Of a stretch of DNA of 60,681 bases, positions 1-9,351 are shown piece after piece. A model generated the notes under the pieces. It was not told where the DNA came from. It was given only the letters and a program-made list of their open reading frames with translations, and ran no database searches. The DNA lies in the NCBI GenBank assembly GCA_041556195.1, contig JBFFIY010000006.1:1-60681 (forward strand), given 5' to 3'. How positions within the stretch are numbered: position 1 is the stretch's first letter; each line of letters opens with the position of its first letter. Made by a program: the position numbers and the translations under genes. Source of the stretch: Enterobacterales bacterium (lineage in GTDB: Bacteria; Pseudomonadota; Gammaproteobacteria; Enterobacterales; GCA-002770795).

Positions 1-163
1 ATGGTTGTTCCCTTATAAATCAATGCAACAAAGAAGTGAGGAAGCTCAAGCACTTCTACGATGGGTTTAAAATCACTTTATGCTTCGTTCTTGATTTTGC
101 TAAGGGAATAACCATTGGCTACAATCAACGCCTAGCCTAAAGTGATTTTAAATCCCACTGAAA

Positions 164-190
164 CAGGCATAATGAATGATTAGGGGTATA
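164..190 (-). repeat. Repeat family C end (TATACCC...ATCATTCATTATGCCTG)
   Basis: CAGGCATAATGAATGATTAGGGGTATA matches the reverse complement of 4855-4881 at 25/27 nt. Confidence 0.65.
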
Positions 191-344
191 TACCCCTATT
201 AGGATAAAACTATAGTTAGGTTGGTATATAAACACTGAGAAATTGCATGTTAATATATGAAATACTAATATGCGATACATAGTGATTTGGATTATTTTTA
301 GTATAAAAACAATAATAAAGTGCCTCATGCACTTTTAAATAAAG

Positions 345-1865
345 GTGCATAATATGCAAAAACCACAATTATCTTTTGCACAAATATGGAACATGTGTTT
401 TGGTTTTTTTGGTATTCAATTTGGCTTTGCTCTGCAAAATAGTAATGTCAGCCGGATCTTTCAAACCCTTGGTGCTGATTATAATAATATGACCATACTT
501 TGGGTGGCGGCCCCTGTAACGGGTCTTTTTATTCAGCCCATTATAGGTTACATGAGTGATAAAACCTGGGGGAGATTGGGGCGTAGAAGACCCTATTTTT
601 TATATGGTGCTATTTTAGCGAGCCTGTCTCTGTTAATCATGCCAAATTCTCCCACTCTATGGATAGCTGCAGGGATGTTGTGGATAATGGATGCCTCTAT
701 TAATGTATCTATGGAGCCCTTCAGAGCCTTTGTAGGAGACATGCTGCCGAGAAATCAACGAGGTCTGGGATATGCCATGCAAAGCTTTTTTATTGGAGTG
801 GGTTCTGTTATTGCTTCGGCATTACCCTGGATGATGACCAACTGGTTTGGAATTAGTAATACTGCCGAAGTTGGAATGATTCCTGAGTCTGTTAAGTATG
901 CGTTTTATGCCGGAGGAACCATCTTTATTTTAGCGGTAGGATGGACAGTTTATTCAACCAGAGAATATTCACCGGAAGAGTTAGAAGAATTTGAAAAAGC
1001 AGAGCGCGAAATGGATGCGAAAACAGAAATTATTGTTCTTCCTTCGCGTTCTGCGAATCAATTTTATAAAGGAGGATTTATTTGGTTTGTAGTAGGTGCT
1101 GTATTTACCATTTTAGTCGCATTGAATATTGAGCATTTGAATAGGAATCTACTTTTGTTAACCTCTGGATTAGCCCTGTTTGGAATTTTTCAGCTGATTG
1201 CCGGGTTTCTGGAACATAGAGGCAATAATTCGAACGGCTTTTCACAGGTCATGATTGATTTATTTAACATGCCTCTTACCATGCAGAAGCTTGCCGCAGT
1301 ACAGTTTTTTTCATGGTTTCCATTTTTTGCCTGGTGGTCTTCAGCAACTCCAGCAATTACCTCTTTTCATTATGCTACTAATGATGTTTCGTCTGCTGTT
1401 TATAATGAGGGTGCCGACTGGGTTGGTATTTTAATGTCTTCATACAATGTAGCCGCAGTGTTCGCTGCCATTACCATTCCATTTGTTGTTAGAGTTTTGA
1501 ATTTGCGTATGACTCACATGATAAATCTGTTCCTGGGTGGTCTGGGTTTCATTTCATTTATTTTAGTTAAAGATCCAATCTGGTTAATCATTCCGATGAT
1601 AGGTGTTGGCTTTGCATGGGCATCAATTTTATCTTTACCCTATGCGCTTTTATCTAATGCGGTACCTGCCAAAAAAATGGGATTGTTTATGGGGATTTTC
1701 AATTTTTTTATTGTTTTACCACAAATTCTTGCCGCCAGTATCTTAGGATTTTTAGTGAATAAGTTTTTTTCCGGTGAAACGATTTATGCTTTGGTAATAG
1801 GAGGCGTTAGCATGTTAATTGCAGGAATATTAACCCTTCGAGTTGAAGAACCTGTTCAGGAATAA
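345..1865 (+). CDS. MFS sugar transporter, maltose/maltodextrin transporter-like (probable start ATG 354)
   Basis: N-terminus KPQLSFAQIWNMCFGFFGIQFGFALQ, SDKTWGRLGRRRPY loop motif, many hydrophobic segments; cotranscribed with an amylase. Confidence 0.88.
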   Translation: MHNMQKPQLSFAQIWNMCFGFFGIQFGFALQNSNVSRIFQTLGADYNNMTILWVAAPVTGLFIQPIIGYMSDKTWGRLGRRRPYFLYGAILASLSLLIMPNSPTLWIAAGMLWIMDASINVSMEPFRAFVGDMLPRNQRGLGYAMQSFFIGVGSVIASALPWMMTNWFGISNTAEVGMIPESVKYAFYAGGTIFILAVGWTVYSTREYSPEELEEFEKAEREMDAKTEIIVLPSRSANQFYKGGFIWFVVGAVFTILVALNIEHLNRNLLLLTSGLALFGIFQLIAGFLEHRGNNSNGFSQVMIDLFNMPLTMQKLAAVQFFSWFPFFAWWSSATPAITSFHYATNDVSSAVYNEGADWVGILMSSYNVAAVFAAITIPFVVRVLNLRMTHMINLFLGGLGFISFILVKDPIWLIIPMIGVGFAWASILSLPYALLSNAVPAKKMGLFMGIFNFFIVLPQILAASILGFLVNKFFSGETIYALVIGGVSMLIAGILTLRVEEPVQE

Positions 1866-1868
1866 AAA

Positions 1869-3584
1869 ATGAAAATTAAATCTTATCAATCCTTTTTATT
1901 TATCTGTTTATTATTGCTTTCAATAGTTCCATTGAGTGGTTGTAAACAAAAGAAATTAGATGGACATAACAATCTTCAACAACAATTTTTTATCAAAGAA
2001 AAGTCCTACTATGGGACCTTGGAGCCCTTCGCCAGCGAAGCAGTCTATTTTTTAATGACAGATCGTTTTGTGGATGGTGATCCAGGCAATAATCAGGTTA
2101 AGCAGGGAGGCGACAATCCAACTTTCGAACAAGCACTTGTGTCAAAGGATGGTCGCCGTGCTTATGTTGGATATATGGGTGGGGATTTCAAAGGAATATT
2201 AAACAATGCAGATTATATAAAAGAGATGGGGTTCAGTTCTATTTGGTTAACCCCCATTGTAGATCAACCCGATGAGTCTTTTTCTGGAGGAGAACCCATA
2301 ACTTTCGGTGGTGCATTTAAAGATGGTGGAAAAACAGGTTATCATGGTTATTGGGGGGTTAATTTTTTTGAAGTAGATGAGCATCTACCCTCTAAAGATC
2401 TATCTTTTAAGGCATTGACAGAACAACTTCGTGAGCAATATCAAATGAAAACGGTGTTAGATATTGTTCTCAATCATGGTTCACCAGCCTTTAGTATGAG
2501 GCCAACTCAGCAAGCCAAATATGGACAACTATTTGATCATCAGGGCAAGTTGCTGGCTGATCATCAAAACATTGAACCTGAAAAGCTTGATCCTGATAAC
2601 CCATTACATGGTTTTTATAGTCTTGAAAAAGACATCATGCAATTGTCCGATTTTAACCCGGACAATCCACAGGTGTTGGAGTATTTTACTGATGCATATT
2701 TGTATTGGATAGGGCAGGGTGCTAATGCTTTTAGAATTGATACCATTAAACATATGCCCCATGATTTCTGGAAGAAATTTACAACCAATATTCGCAGTCA
2801 GTATCCGGGTTTTTTTATGTTTGCTGAAAGTTATTCTTTTGATGCAACATTTATTGCTCAGCATACAAAGCCTGAAAATGGTGCCATAAGTGTCTTAGAT
2901 TTTCCCGGAAAAGAAGCGATTGCCAAAGTGTTTGAAAATTCAAAGAGTGACTTTAGAGATTTGTTGCCATACCTTTATCTTGATAATAGCCCTTATAGTA
3001 ATCCTTACGAATTAATGATCTTTTATGATAATCATGATATGGCAAGGATGAATGCCGATAATAATGGTTTTATTGATGCTCATAACTGGCTGTTCACTTC
3101 CCGTGGCATACCTGTCATTTATTATGGTTCTGAAATGGCTTTTATGGCTGGCGCCAAAGAGCATGAAGGGAATCGTAACTATTTTGGTCCTGATAATATA
3201 GAAGTGGCCAGATCTCATCCTGTAAGAACAGCTTTGAAACGTATTGCCAATGTCAGAAAATCAACTATCGCTTTACAAAAAGGACTTCAAATTAATCTTG
3301 ATTTTAGTGGGGATCTGGCTGCTTTTTATCGAGTGTTTGAGCATAATGGAATAAACCAGACGGCTTTGGTTATGTTGAACAAGGGAGATGAAGAGATCAC
3401 ATTCGAGATAGAAAAATACCTGAGTCAGGGACAGTGGTTTAATCCTTTAAATCATGAAAAAATTCAAATTGGCTCTACTCAAAAATTAACACAGAAAGTA
3501 AATTCTCACGATGTGTCTGTATTAATTTTAAATGGAAAGAACAAAAATAATGAATTAAGAATTCACCTAAACAAACTTATGTAA
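1869..3584 (+). CDS. GH13 alpha-amylase/CGTase-like lipoprotein
   Basis: Lipobox LSGC; GH13 motifs YFLMTDRF, GGDFKG, YHGYW, DIVLNH, FRIDTIKH, FAES, DNHD. Confidence 0.9.
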   Translation: MKIKSYQSFLFICLLLLSIVPLSGCKQKKLDGHNNLQQQFFIKEKSYYGTLEPFASEAVYFLMTDRFVDGDPGNNQVKQGGDNPTFEQALVSKDGRRAYVGYMGGDFKGILNNADYIKEMGFSSIWLTPIVDQPDESFSGGEPITFGGAFKDGGKTGYHGYWGVNFFEVDEHLPSKDLSFKALTEQLREQYQMKTVLDIVLNHGSPAFSMRPTQQAKYGQLFDHQGKLLADHQNIEPEKLDPDNPLHGFYSLEKDIMQLSDFNPDNPQVLEYFTDAYLYWIGQGANAFRIDTIKHMPHDFWKKFTTNIRSQYPGFFMFAESYSFDATFIAQHTKPENGAISVLDFPGKEAIAKVFENSKSDFRDLLPYLYLDNSPYSNPYELMIFYDNHDMARMNADNNGFIDAHNWLFTSRGIPVIYYGSEMAFMAGAKEHEGNRNYFGPDNIEVARSHPVRTALKRIANVRKSTIALQKGLQINLDFSGDLAAFYRVFEHNGINQTALVMLNKGDEEITFEIEKYLSQGQWFNPLNHEKIQIGSTQKLTQKVNSHDVSVLILNGKNKNNELRIHLNKLM

Positions 3585-3663
3585 CTTTAGAATGATGGGG
3601 GAATGAGCTTGTAAAGGCATGGATCTCTGTGGATCTATTTGAAAATTCAGTTTAATGAAGAAG

Positions 3664-4692
3664 CTATAGATTGCAACCGCAAGACTGCCTGACTATTAAC
3701 TCAGCTGGCAACATAGTAGTTTCAACCGCCTGTTCGTTAATTCGAGCCAGTAGAGCTTCAACCAATACTTCTCCTGCTAATTTTGTATCTTGTTGCACGG
3801 TTGTGAGTGTTGGTCGAATAAAATCCGCTGAAGGAATGTTGTCATAGCCTACCACGGCAATATCTTCTGGGACTTCTTTTCCCTGTTCTCTCAGGGCTTT
3901 AATTACCCCAATAGCGATAAGATCGCTAGCACAAAATATTGCATCGAAAGGTTGTTTTAAAGCCAGTAGTTGTAGAGCGGCTGCGTAACCAGATTGTTCG
4001 GTACTGATCGCATCTATCTGTAATTTATTATTTGTTTTTAAACCAGCTTTTTCAATGGCAATACAAGAGCCATTATAACGGTCAAAAAATTCAGGAGAAC
4101 ATTTTGATGCACCTCCAATAAAACCTATGTTTCGTCTACCTAAATTTATCAGGTGTGTGGTCACGTCGAAACCACCCTGAAAATTATCACAACCAATCGA
4201 AATACCCGGTTGTCCCTCTCTTACAGCGCCCCAACGAACAAAGTGTGTACCCTGAGCCTCTAGCTGAAATAATTTTTCTTCATAGTCTGTGTAATCACCA
4301 TAACCCAGTAAAATAATGCCGTCTGCTTTGTGACAGTCTTCAAAGTCGGCATGCCAATCATCATCCAGTTCTTGAAAAGAGATTAATAAATCATAATTTT
4401 TTTTAGTACAGGCTCGAGTGATGCTTCCTAACATGGACAGGAAAAAAGGATTGATTTGAGAGTCATCACTGGTTGGATCCTGAAATAACAAAAGTGCGAT
4501 AGTGCTACTTTGTTGAGAGCGCAAATTACTGGCATTTTTATCAACTTTGTAGTTGAGTTCTTTGGCTATCCTTTGAATTTTGTTGCGTGTTTCTTCGTTA
4601 ACCAGAGAGCTATCTCGTAAAGCCCTCGATACAGTAGATTGGGAAACGCCAGCCTGATGGGCGACATCGAATGAAGTGGCTTTACCTTTCAT
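3664..4692 (-). CDS. LacI-family regulator (MalR-like)
   Basis: HTH TSFDVAHQAGVSQSTVSRAL, C-terminal PBP-like domain with LTTV motif; adjacent to maltose genes. Confidence 0.9.
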   Translation of the reverse strand: MKGKATSFDVAHQAGVSQSTVSRALRDSSLVNEETRNKIQRIAKELNYKVDKNASNLRSQQSSTIALLLFQDPTSDDSQINPFFLSMLGSITRACTKKNYDLLISFQELDDDWHADFEDCHKADGIILLGYGDYTDYEEKLFQLEAQGTHFVRWGAVREGQPGISIGCDNFQGGFDVTTHLINLGRRNIGFIGGASKCSPEFFDRYNGSCIAIEKAGLKTNNKLQIDAISTEQSGYAAALQLLALKQPFDAIFCASDLIAIGVIKALREQGKEVPEDIAVVGYDNIPSADFIRPTLTTVQQDTKLAGEVLVEALLARINEQAVETTMLPAELIVRQSCGCNL

Positions 4693-4854
4693 CTAAGCAC
4701 CTGTGAGTTTAGGAATACAGTCAAAGTAGTAAATTACCCATATAAACGAAGAACCAAATAGGTTGATATTATCTTCAAGGATCCAATATACCGCAAGTTA
4801 TCCAATCTTCAAGACAAAAGTACTTTTTGAATCAAAATACAGGCTCATCTGGTT

Positions 4855-4881
4855 TATACCCGTTATCATTCATTATGCCTG
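4855..4881 (+). repeat. Repeat family C end
   Basis: TATACCCGTTATCATTCATTATGCCTG; related copies at 164-190 and 23051-23083. Confidence 0.6.
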
Positions 4882-4920
4882 ATTAGAGGGATATAGTTAT
4901 TGTCACTGTAAAAACATGTT

Positions 4921-4950
4921 TTGACAAGACCTAAATGACACCGGTATCAT
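4921..4950 (+). promoter_or_regulatory. sigma70-like promoter of glk overlapped by a LacI-type operator ATGACACCGGTATCAT (4935-4950)
   Basis: TTGACA 4921-4926, TATCAT 4945-4950; near-palindrome with central CG matches the perfect site at 23199-23216. Confidence 0.65.
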
Positions 4951-5016
4951 TGGTGGTTATAAATTGAGCTTTAATGGGAATTATGTACTATTCCATCAAT
5001 TGGAATATCATCTTTC

Positions 5017-5045
5017 AACCTGAATTTAACTGATGAATTCAGGTT
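5017..5045. repeat. Minimal repeat family A hairpin (AACCTGAATT...AATTCAGGTT)
   Basis: 10-bp inverted repeat; AACTGATGAATTCAGGTTCA is also present at 39172-39191. Confidence 0.6.
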
Positions 5046-5077
5046 CAGTAGGCTCAGGGATTTGAACTTGCTATAAA

Positions 5078-6091
5078 TTGAGAGTCAGACTTATGTATCA
5101 ACCAAATTTTCGATATCCCTATATTGTTGCTGATATTGGTGGCACCAATGCGCGTTTTGGCCTGGTGACATCATCCAGTGAAGACAAACAAGCGATGGTG
5201 ATAGAAAACTTACAGACCTTTCCCAGTTCAGACTTTGAAGGGATAGAACAAGCTGTTAGCTGTTATCAAGAAACACTTAATGGTGAAAAAGTAGATGGAG
5301 CCTGTTTGGCTGTAGCAGGGCCCGTAACTGAAAATAATATTAAACTCACCAATTTAAACTGGAATTTTTGTGTGAGTTCAGTTTGTAAACAATTAGGATT
5401 TACAAATTTACAAATTATTAATGATTTTGCAGCTTATGCCTATGCAATTCAATATTTAGATCCGGATCATTTTAGAGTTATCAATGAGGGGGATGGCGTT
5501 AATGGATGTCCCATTGGAGTAGTAGGGCCAGGTACAGGTTTTGGTGTGGCAACTCTTGTTAATCATGATGGACGAACCGATGTGCTAACTTCAGAAGGTG
5601 GCCACATGTCACTTGCAGCAAACACACCTCTTCAGGCTGCAATTAAAGAACAGCTTTCTCGTAAATATTCTCTTGTTTCAATAGAACGGGTTTTTTCAGG
5701 TCCCGGGTTACGTCATCTATACCACGCTCTGGCAGCTGTAGAGGGCGCACAAGCACGCAAGTTATCTACTGCTGAAATAAGTCAATGTGCGCTTGATAAC
5801 ACGGATGAAATGTGTCAGAGAACATTGGCTTTGTTTTGCTCCTGGTTGGGCTCAGTTATTGGTGATTTGGCTTTAGTGCTTGGCGCAAGAGGCGGTATTT
5901 ATCTTGGTGGAGGGATCCTGCCTCGAATTGCTGATTTTCTGATTGAAAGCGAGTTTCAAAAATCTTTTAAGGCCAAGGATCAAATGAGCCATTATCTGCA
6001 AGATATTCCTGTAAAATTAGTGACTAAAGGTAATTCTGCTTTGTTAGGCGCAGCGGCCTGGTTTGAAAACTGTAATTATTTGATAAAATAG
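5078..6091 (+). CDS. glk: Glucokinase (probable start ATG 5093)
   Basis: ADIGGTNARF, AVAGPV, INDFAA, GPGTGFG, SEGGH, GGIYLGGGI motifs. Confidence 0.93.
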   Translation: MRVRLMYQPNFRYPYIVADIGGTNARFGLVTSSSEDKQAMVIENLQTFPSSDFEGIEQAVSCYQETLNGEKVDGACLAVAGPVTENNIKLTNLNWNFCVSSVCKQLGFTNLQIINDFAAYAYAIQYLDPDHFRVINEGDGVNGCPIGVVGPGTGFGVATLVNHDGRTDVLTSEGGHMSLAANTPLQAAIKEQLSRKYSLVSIERVFSGPGLRHLYHALAAVEGAQARKLSTAEISQCALDNTDEMCQRTLALFCSWLGSVIGDLALVLGARGGIYLGGGILPRIADFLIESEFQKSFKAKDQMSHYLQDIPVKLVTKGNSALLGAAAWFENCNYLIK

Positions 6092-7147
6092 TTGATTTAT
6101 AAGCGATTACTGGGAGAATGTTTGTTGGAAAAAATTACCATTAATGTCGTTGCTAAACATGCTGGTGTTTCAAAGAAAACAGTTTCCAGGGTGTTAAATG
6201 GTGAGCCAAATGTCAGCGAATCAACCCGAAAAAAGGTGCAAGAAGTGTTTGATGAACTTGGTTATCGTCCAAGCCCTCAAGCTAGAGGCCTTGCAACCAA
6301 TCAATCCTATCTGATAGGGCTGGTTTATGATAACCCCAGTAAAAGTTATGTTTACGATGTGCAAACGGGTGCCCTGAGTATTTGTAATCAAAAAGGCTAT
6401 CATCTTCTCATTCATCCTGCCGAATATCAAAATTCAGATCTTGTCGATAATTTAACGACTTTAATCAATGACTCACGCCTCGACGGTTTAGTATTAACCC
6501 CCCCTTTTTCTGATATGCATCACTTGATTGAACTATTAGATAAGAGCCAACTGCCATACGTTAGAATAGCGCCAACAATTATGCATGATACTTCACCGAG
6601 TGTGATTAGTAACGATGTAGAAGCCGCTTATGAAATGACCTGTTATCTGGTGTCGTTAGGGCATAGCAAAATTGGATTTATTAAAGGACACCCGGATCAC
6701 AACGTATCTGAACAAAGACTTGAGGGGTATCAAAAAGCACTGACGGATAATGGAATTCCGATTATCCCGGAATATATAAAACAAGGTTTTTTCACCTTTA
6801 GTTCAGGTGAAGAGTGCGGAAGAAAATTATTATCATTAACAGAACCTCCTACAGCCATATTTGCCAGTAATGACTATATGGCTGCGGCAGTGCTGAAAGT
6901 GGCCAGTCAGAAGAACATTTCTGTTCCCCACGAACTATCTGTAGTAGGTTTTGATAATGCTCCTATTTCGAGTTACATCTGGCCCTCTTTAACAACGGTA
7001 AAACAACCTGTTGAAGCCATGGCATCTCAAGCTTTGACTATGCTCATCGAAACGATTCAAAAGAAACCCTTAGACAATATACAGGCTCAAATGGAAGACG
7101 AACTCATTGTGCGAGACTCTACGGCTCCATTTCGTAGTTCAGGTTAA
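6092..7147 (+). CDS. LacI-family transcriptional regulator
   Basis: HTH TINVVAKHAGVSKKTVSRVLN, PTAIFASND, VVGFD, LTTVKQP. Confidence 0.92.
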   Translation: MIYKRLLGECLLEKITINVVAKHAGVSKKTVSRVLNGEPNVSESTRKKVQEVFDELGYRPSPQARGLATNQSYLIGLVYDNPSKSYVYDVQTGALSICNQKGYHLLIHPAEYQNSDLVDNLTTLINDSRLDGLVLTPPFSDMHHLIELLDKSQLPYVRIAPTIMHDTSPSVISNDVEAAYEMTCYLVSLGHSKIGFIKGHPDHNVSEQRLEGYQKALTDNGIPIIPEYIKQGFFTFSSGEECGRKLLSLTEPPTAIFASNDYMAAAVLKVASQKNISVPHELSVVGFDNAPISSYIWPSLTTVKQPVEAMASQALTMLIETIQKKPLDNIQAQMEDELIVRDSTAPFRSSG

Positions 7148-7152
7148 ATAAT

Positions 7153-7659
7153 TTATTTTTGTTCATCCAGATAAATTCTCAGCGCAGCTTTTATCGATGG
7201 AAAAGCTATTTGTTTAAAATTTATCTGCTCGGGTCTAAACCAATTCACCTTACTGATTTCAGATGTTTGCAGTACCCAGTTAAGTGGATATTTTTGTTCA
7301 GAAACAAACACACTATCTAATGTTCGGTATTCAATATTTTTGTATAGATAAGTGTTTGGCTGAGAGCATATGTATTGCCAGTTCTGTATATTAACAGCCA
7401 GTTCTTCTTTTATTTCTCTTGATAAAGCCTGCTCTAGAGATTCATTGGGATCAACAAAACCTCCGGGCAGATCAAGCAAACCTAAGCCTGGAGATTTCGC
7501 TCTAGTGGTAAGAAGTATTTTTCCCTGATAGACAATAATCGCGGCAACTGCGGAAGCAACATTGTGATAATAAGTAAAGTTACAGTCAGAACACACAAAA
7601 TATTGCTGCTTAATGAATTCAATTTTGGAGCTATTACATGTGGGACAATATTTAAACAT
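7153..7659 (-). CDS. NUDIX hydrolase with N-terminal Zn ribbon
   Basis: CPTC...CSDC; Nudix box GGFVDPNESLEQALSREIKEEL. Confidence 0.88.
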   Translation of the reverse strand: MFKYCPTCNSSKIEFIKQQYFVCSDCNFTYYHNVASAVAAIIVYQGKILLTTRAKSPGLGLLDLPGGFVDPNESLEQALSREIKEELAVNIQNWQYICSQPNTYLYKNIEYRTLDSVFVSEQKYPLNWVLQTSEISKVNWFRPEQINFKQIAFPSIKAALRIYLDEQK

Positions 7660-7734
7660 CTAGCACCTTTGAACATCATCCTCAAAGTAAAAATGATTTT
7701 ACCTGCAAGAGTGATAATTTAACATGGATTATTT

Positions 7735-8961
7735 TTATGAAACAATGCCCGGTTGCAATGATTTAATAATTTCTATGCATCCACATATAGAATGATAGTC
7801 TGTACGCCCCATGGCTACTGCTGACGGAGCAAAGATTTTGTTGTCATAAGTTAAGTTCCGGTGCCAACACTTTTGTTTATGGTCAACCATATGTGTCCAG
7901 GAATACTGCCACAGTTGCTGGTAAATACACCAATACATATTGTTTTTCAGTTGATTGGCCAGTAATGCGGATGCGGCGATGGTTTCTGCGTGAACCCAAC
8001 TGTACTTGCCGTTACTACAGATCTCGCAGGATGGAGAAAAACCGTAATAAAGGCCACCATAATCACTGTCGTAGGCAACCCCCATTGCCCTGTCAAATAA
8101 CGTTTTTGCCCGTGATACTAACCAGCCCTGAGGGCTGTATCTGTTTATGAGCAGGAGCAGTTTTGTCCATTCGGTGAAGTGACCTGGTTGGTAACCCCAT
8201 GGCCGCAGTTTATTTTCTGTATCGCCTGCATTGTAATTAAAATCGACTTGCCAATGATGATCATAATGCTCCCAGATCATGTCATTACACTGCGTGGCAA
8301 GATCGACAGTAATGCGGCGGGCGATAACTATAGCACGCTCTAAATAACGTTGTTCTCCAGTTGCCTCAAAAGCGCTGATCAGCGCTTCACAGCAGTGCAT
8401 ATTGGAGTTTTGACCGCGGTAGGTAGAAACCCTGTTTAGTTTTGCGTCTATGACGTCCACATATAATTGATCCTGCTCCCGCCAGAAGTAACGTTCCATT
8501 AGTTGAAATGTTTCCTCGATATAATCGAATACTTCTGTGGCGCCCGCCTCATAGGTACGTGCATAAGCCATAAGAACAAATGCAATGCCATAACAGTAGT
8601 TATCTGCATCTCTGATTTGTCCATTTTCGAGGATCCAGGCATAACCTTTGGTTTCCGGGTTACGATGTCCATCACGTAGAAATTTTACTCCATGCCTGGC
8701 CGCCTCCAAATAGCTTTGGCTGACAAATTGTTGCGCCGCTGTGGCAAAATTTATAGTTAGACGGCTACTGCTTACCAGGTGCCGCTGGGTATTAGTTCGA
8801 CTTGCTTTTCCGTTGTTATCGAAATGCTGGAAATAGCCACCGTTGCTCTCATCTATACATTGTGGGTAATAAAAACCCAAAATGGAGCGGACATGTTCAA
8901 TAAGAAAATCTGTAGAACGAAAGTTTATCTGAGATTTTATATTATAGGTTGATTTCGTCAT
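7735..8961 (-). CDS. AGE-family sugar epimerase/isomerase (YihS/mannose-isomerase-like)
   Basis: RHLVSSSR, YRGQNSNMHCCEA, IWEHY, PWGYQPGHFTEW, KYSWVHAE, DYH; ORF extends to 9048 but ATG 8961 is the more likely start. Confidence 0.85.
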   Translation of the reverse strand: MTKSTYNIKSQINFRSTDFLIEHVRSILGFYYPQCIDESNGGYFQHFDNNGKASRTNTQRHLVSSSRLTINFATAAQQFVSQSYLEAARHGVKFLRDGHRNPETKGYAWILENGQIRDADNYCYGIAFVLMAYARTYEAGATEVFDYIEETFQLMERYFWREQDQLYVDVIDAKLNRVSTYRGQNSNMHCCEALISAFEATGEQRYLERAIVIARRITVDLATQCNDMIWEHYDHHWQVDFNYNAGDTENKLRPWGYQPGHFTEWTKLLLLINRYSPQGWLVSRAKTLFDRAMGVAYDSDYGGLYYGFSPSCEICSNGKYSWVHAETIAASALLANQLKNNMYWCIYQQLWQYSWTHMVDHKQKCWHRNLTYDNKIFAPSAVAMGRTDYHSICGCIEIIKSLQPGIVS

Positions 8962-9351
8962 TCTAATCTCTTGAGGGGGGAGGTTACTTGTTAACTGAAC
9001 CGGGGATAACTTGGTTATTGAATCTGGTTCCACCCGCCTCCATGCCACCGACTAAGATGTTTTCAGAAGTTAGATTAATCATCATTTTGATCCTAAATTA
9101 CGCTGCAGATGTTGTTCTGGAGTTTGTCCGGGAATAGCTTCCATTCTCGGATAAGTTACAGGTGTTCAGCAAAGAAATTTGTAATGAAATAAAAACAACA
9201 AAGTGAAAGTGTATTGCCGTTATCAAGAGCTGTTGATCTTTGGCTATAACGCATCTTTTTAGCACTTTTTTCTTTCTATCTTCGTTAGAAAAAATCATCT
9301 GAAAATCTGCATTATCTCCAAAGATAAACATCCCCTATGTTGTTTTAATGG

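Noticed and set aside
1-344. Possible gene end or 63 aa ORF and a MalR operator upstream of the MFS gene
   Set aside because: No recognisable protein in the frames examined and no convincing palindrome shared with the 4693-4850 region
9098-9331. 77 aa ORF between the TonB receptor and AGE gene
   Set aside because: No motif and the purine run abuts the ATG without spacing; coding status cannot be supported
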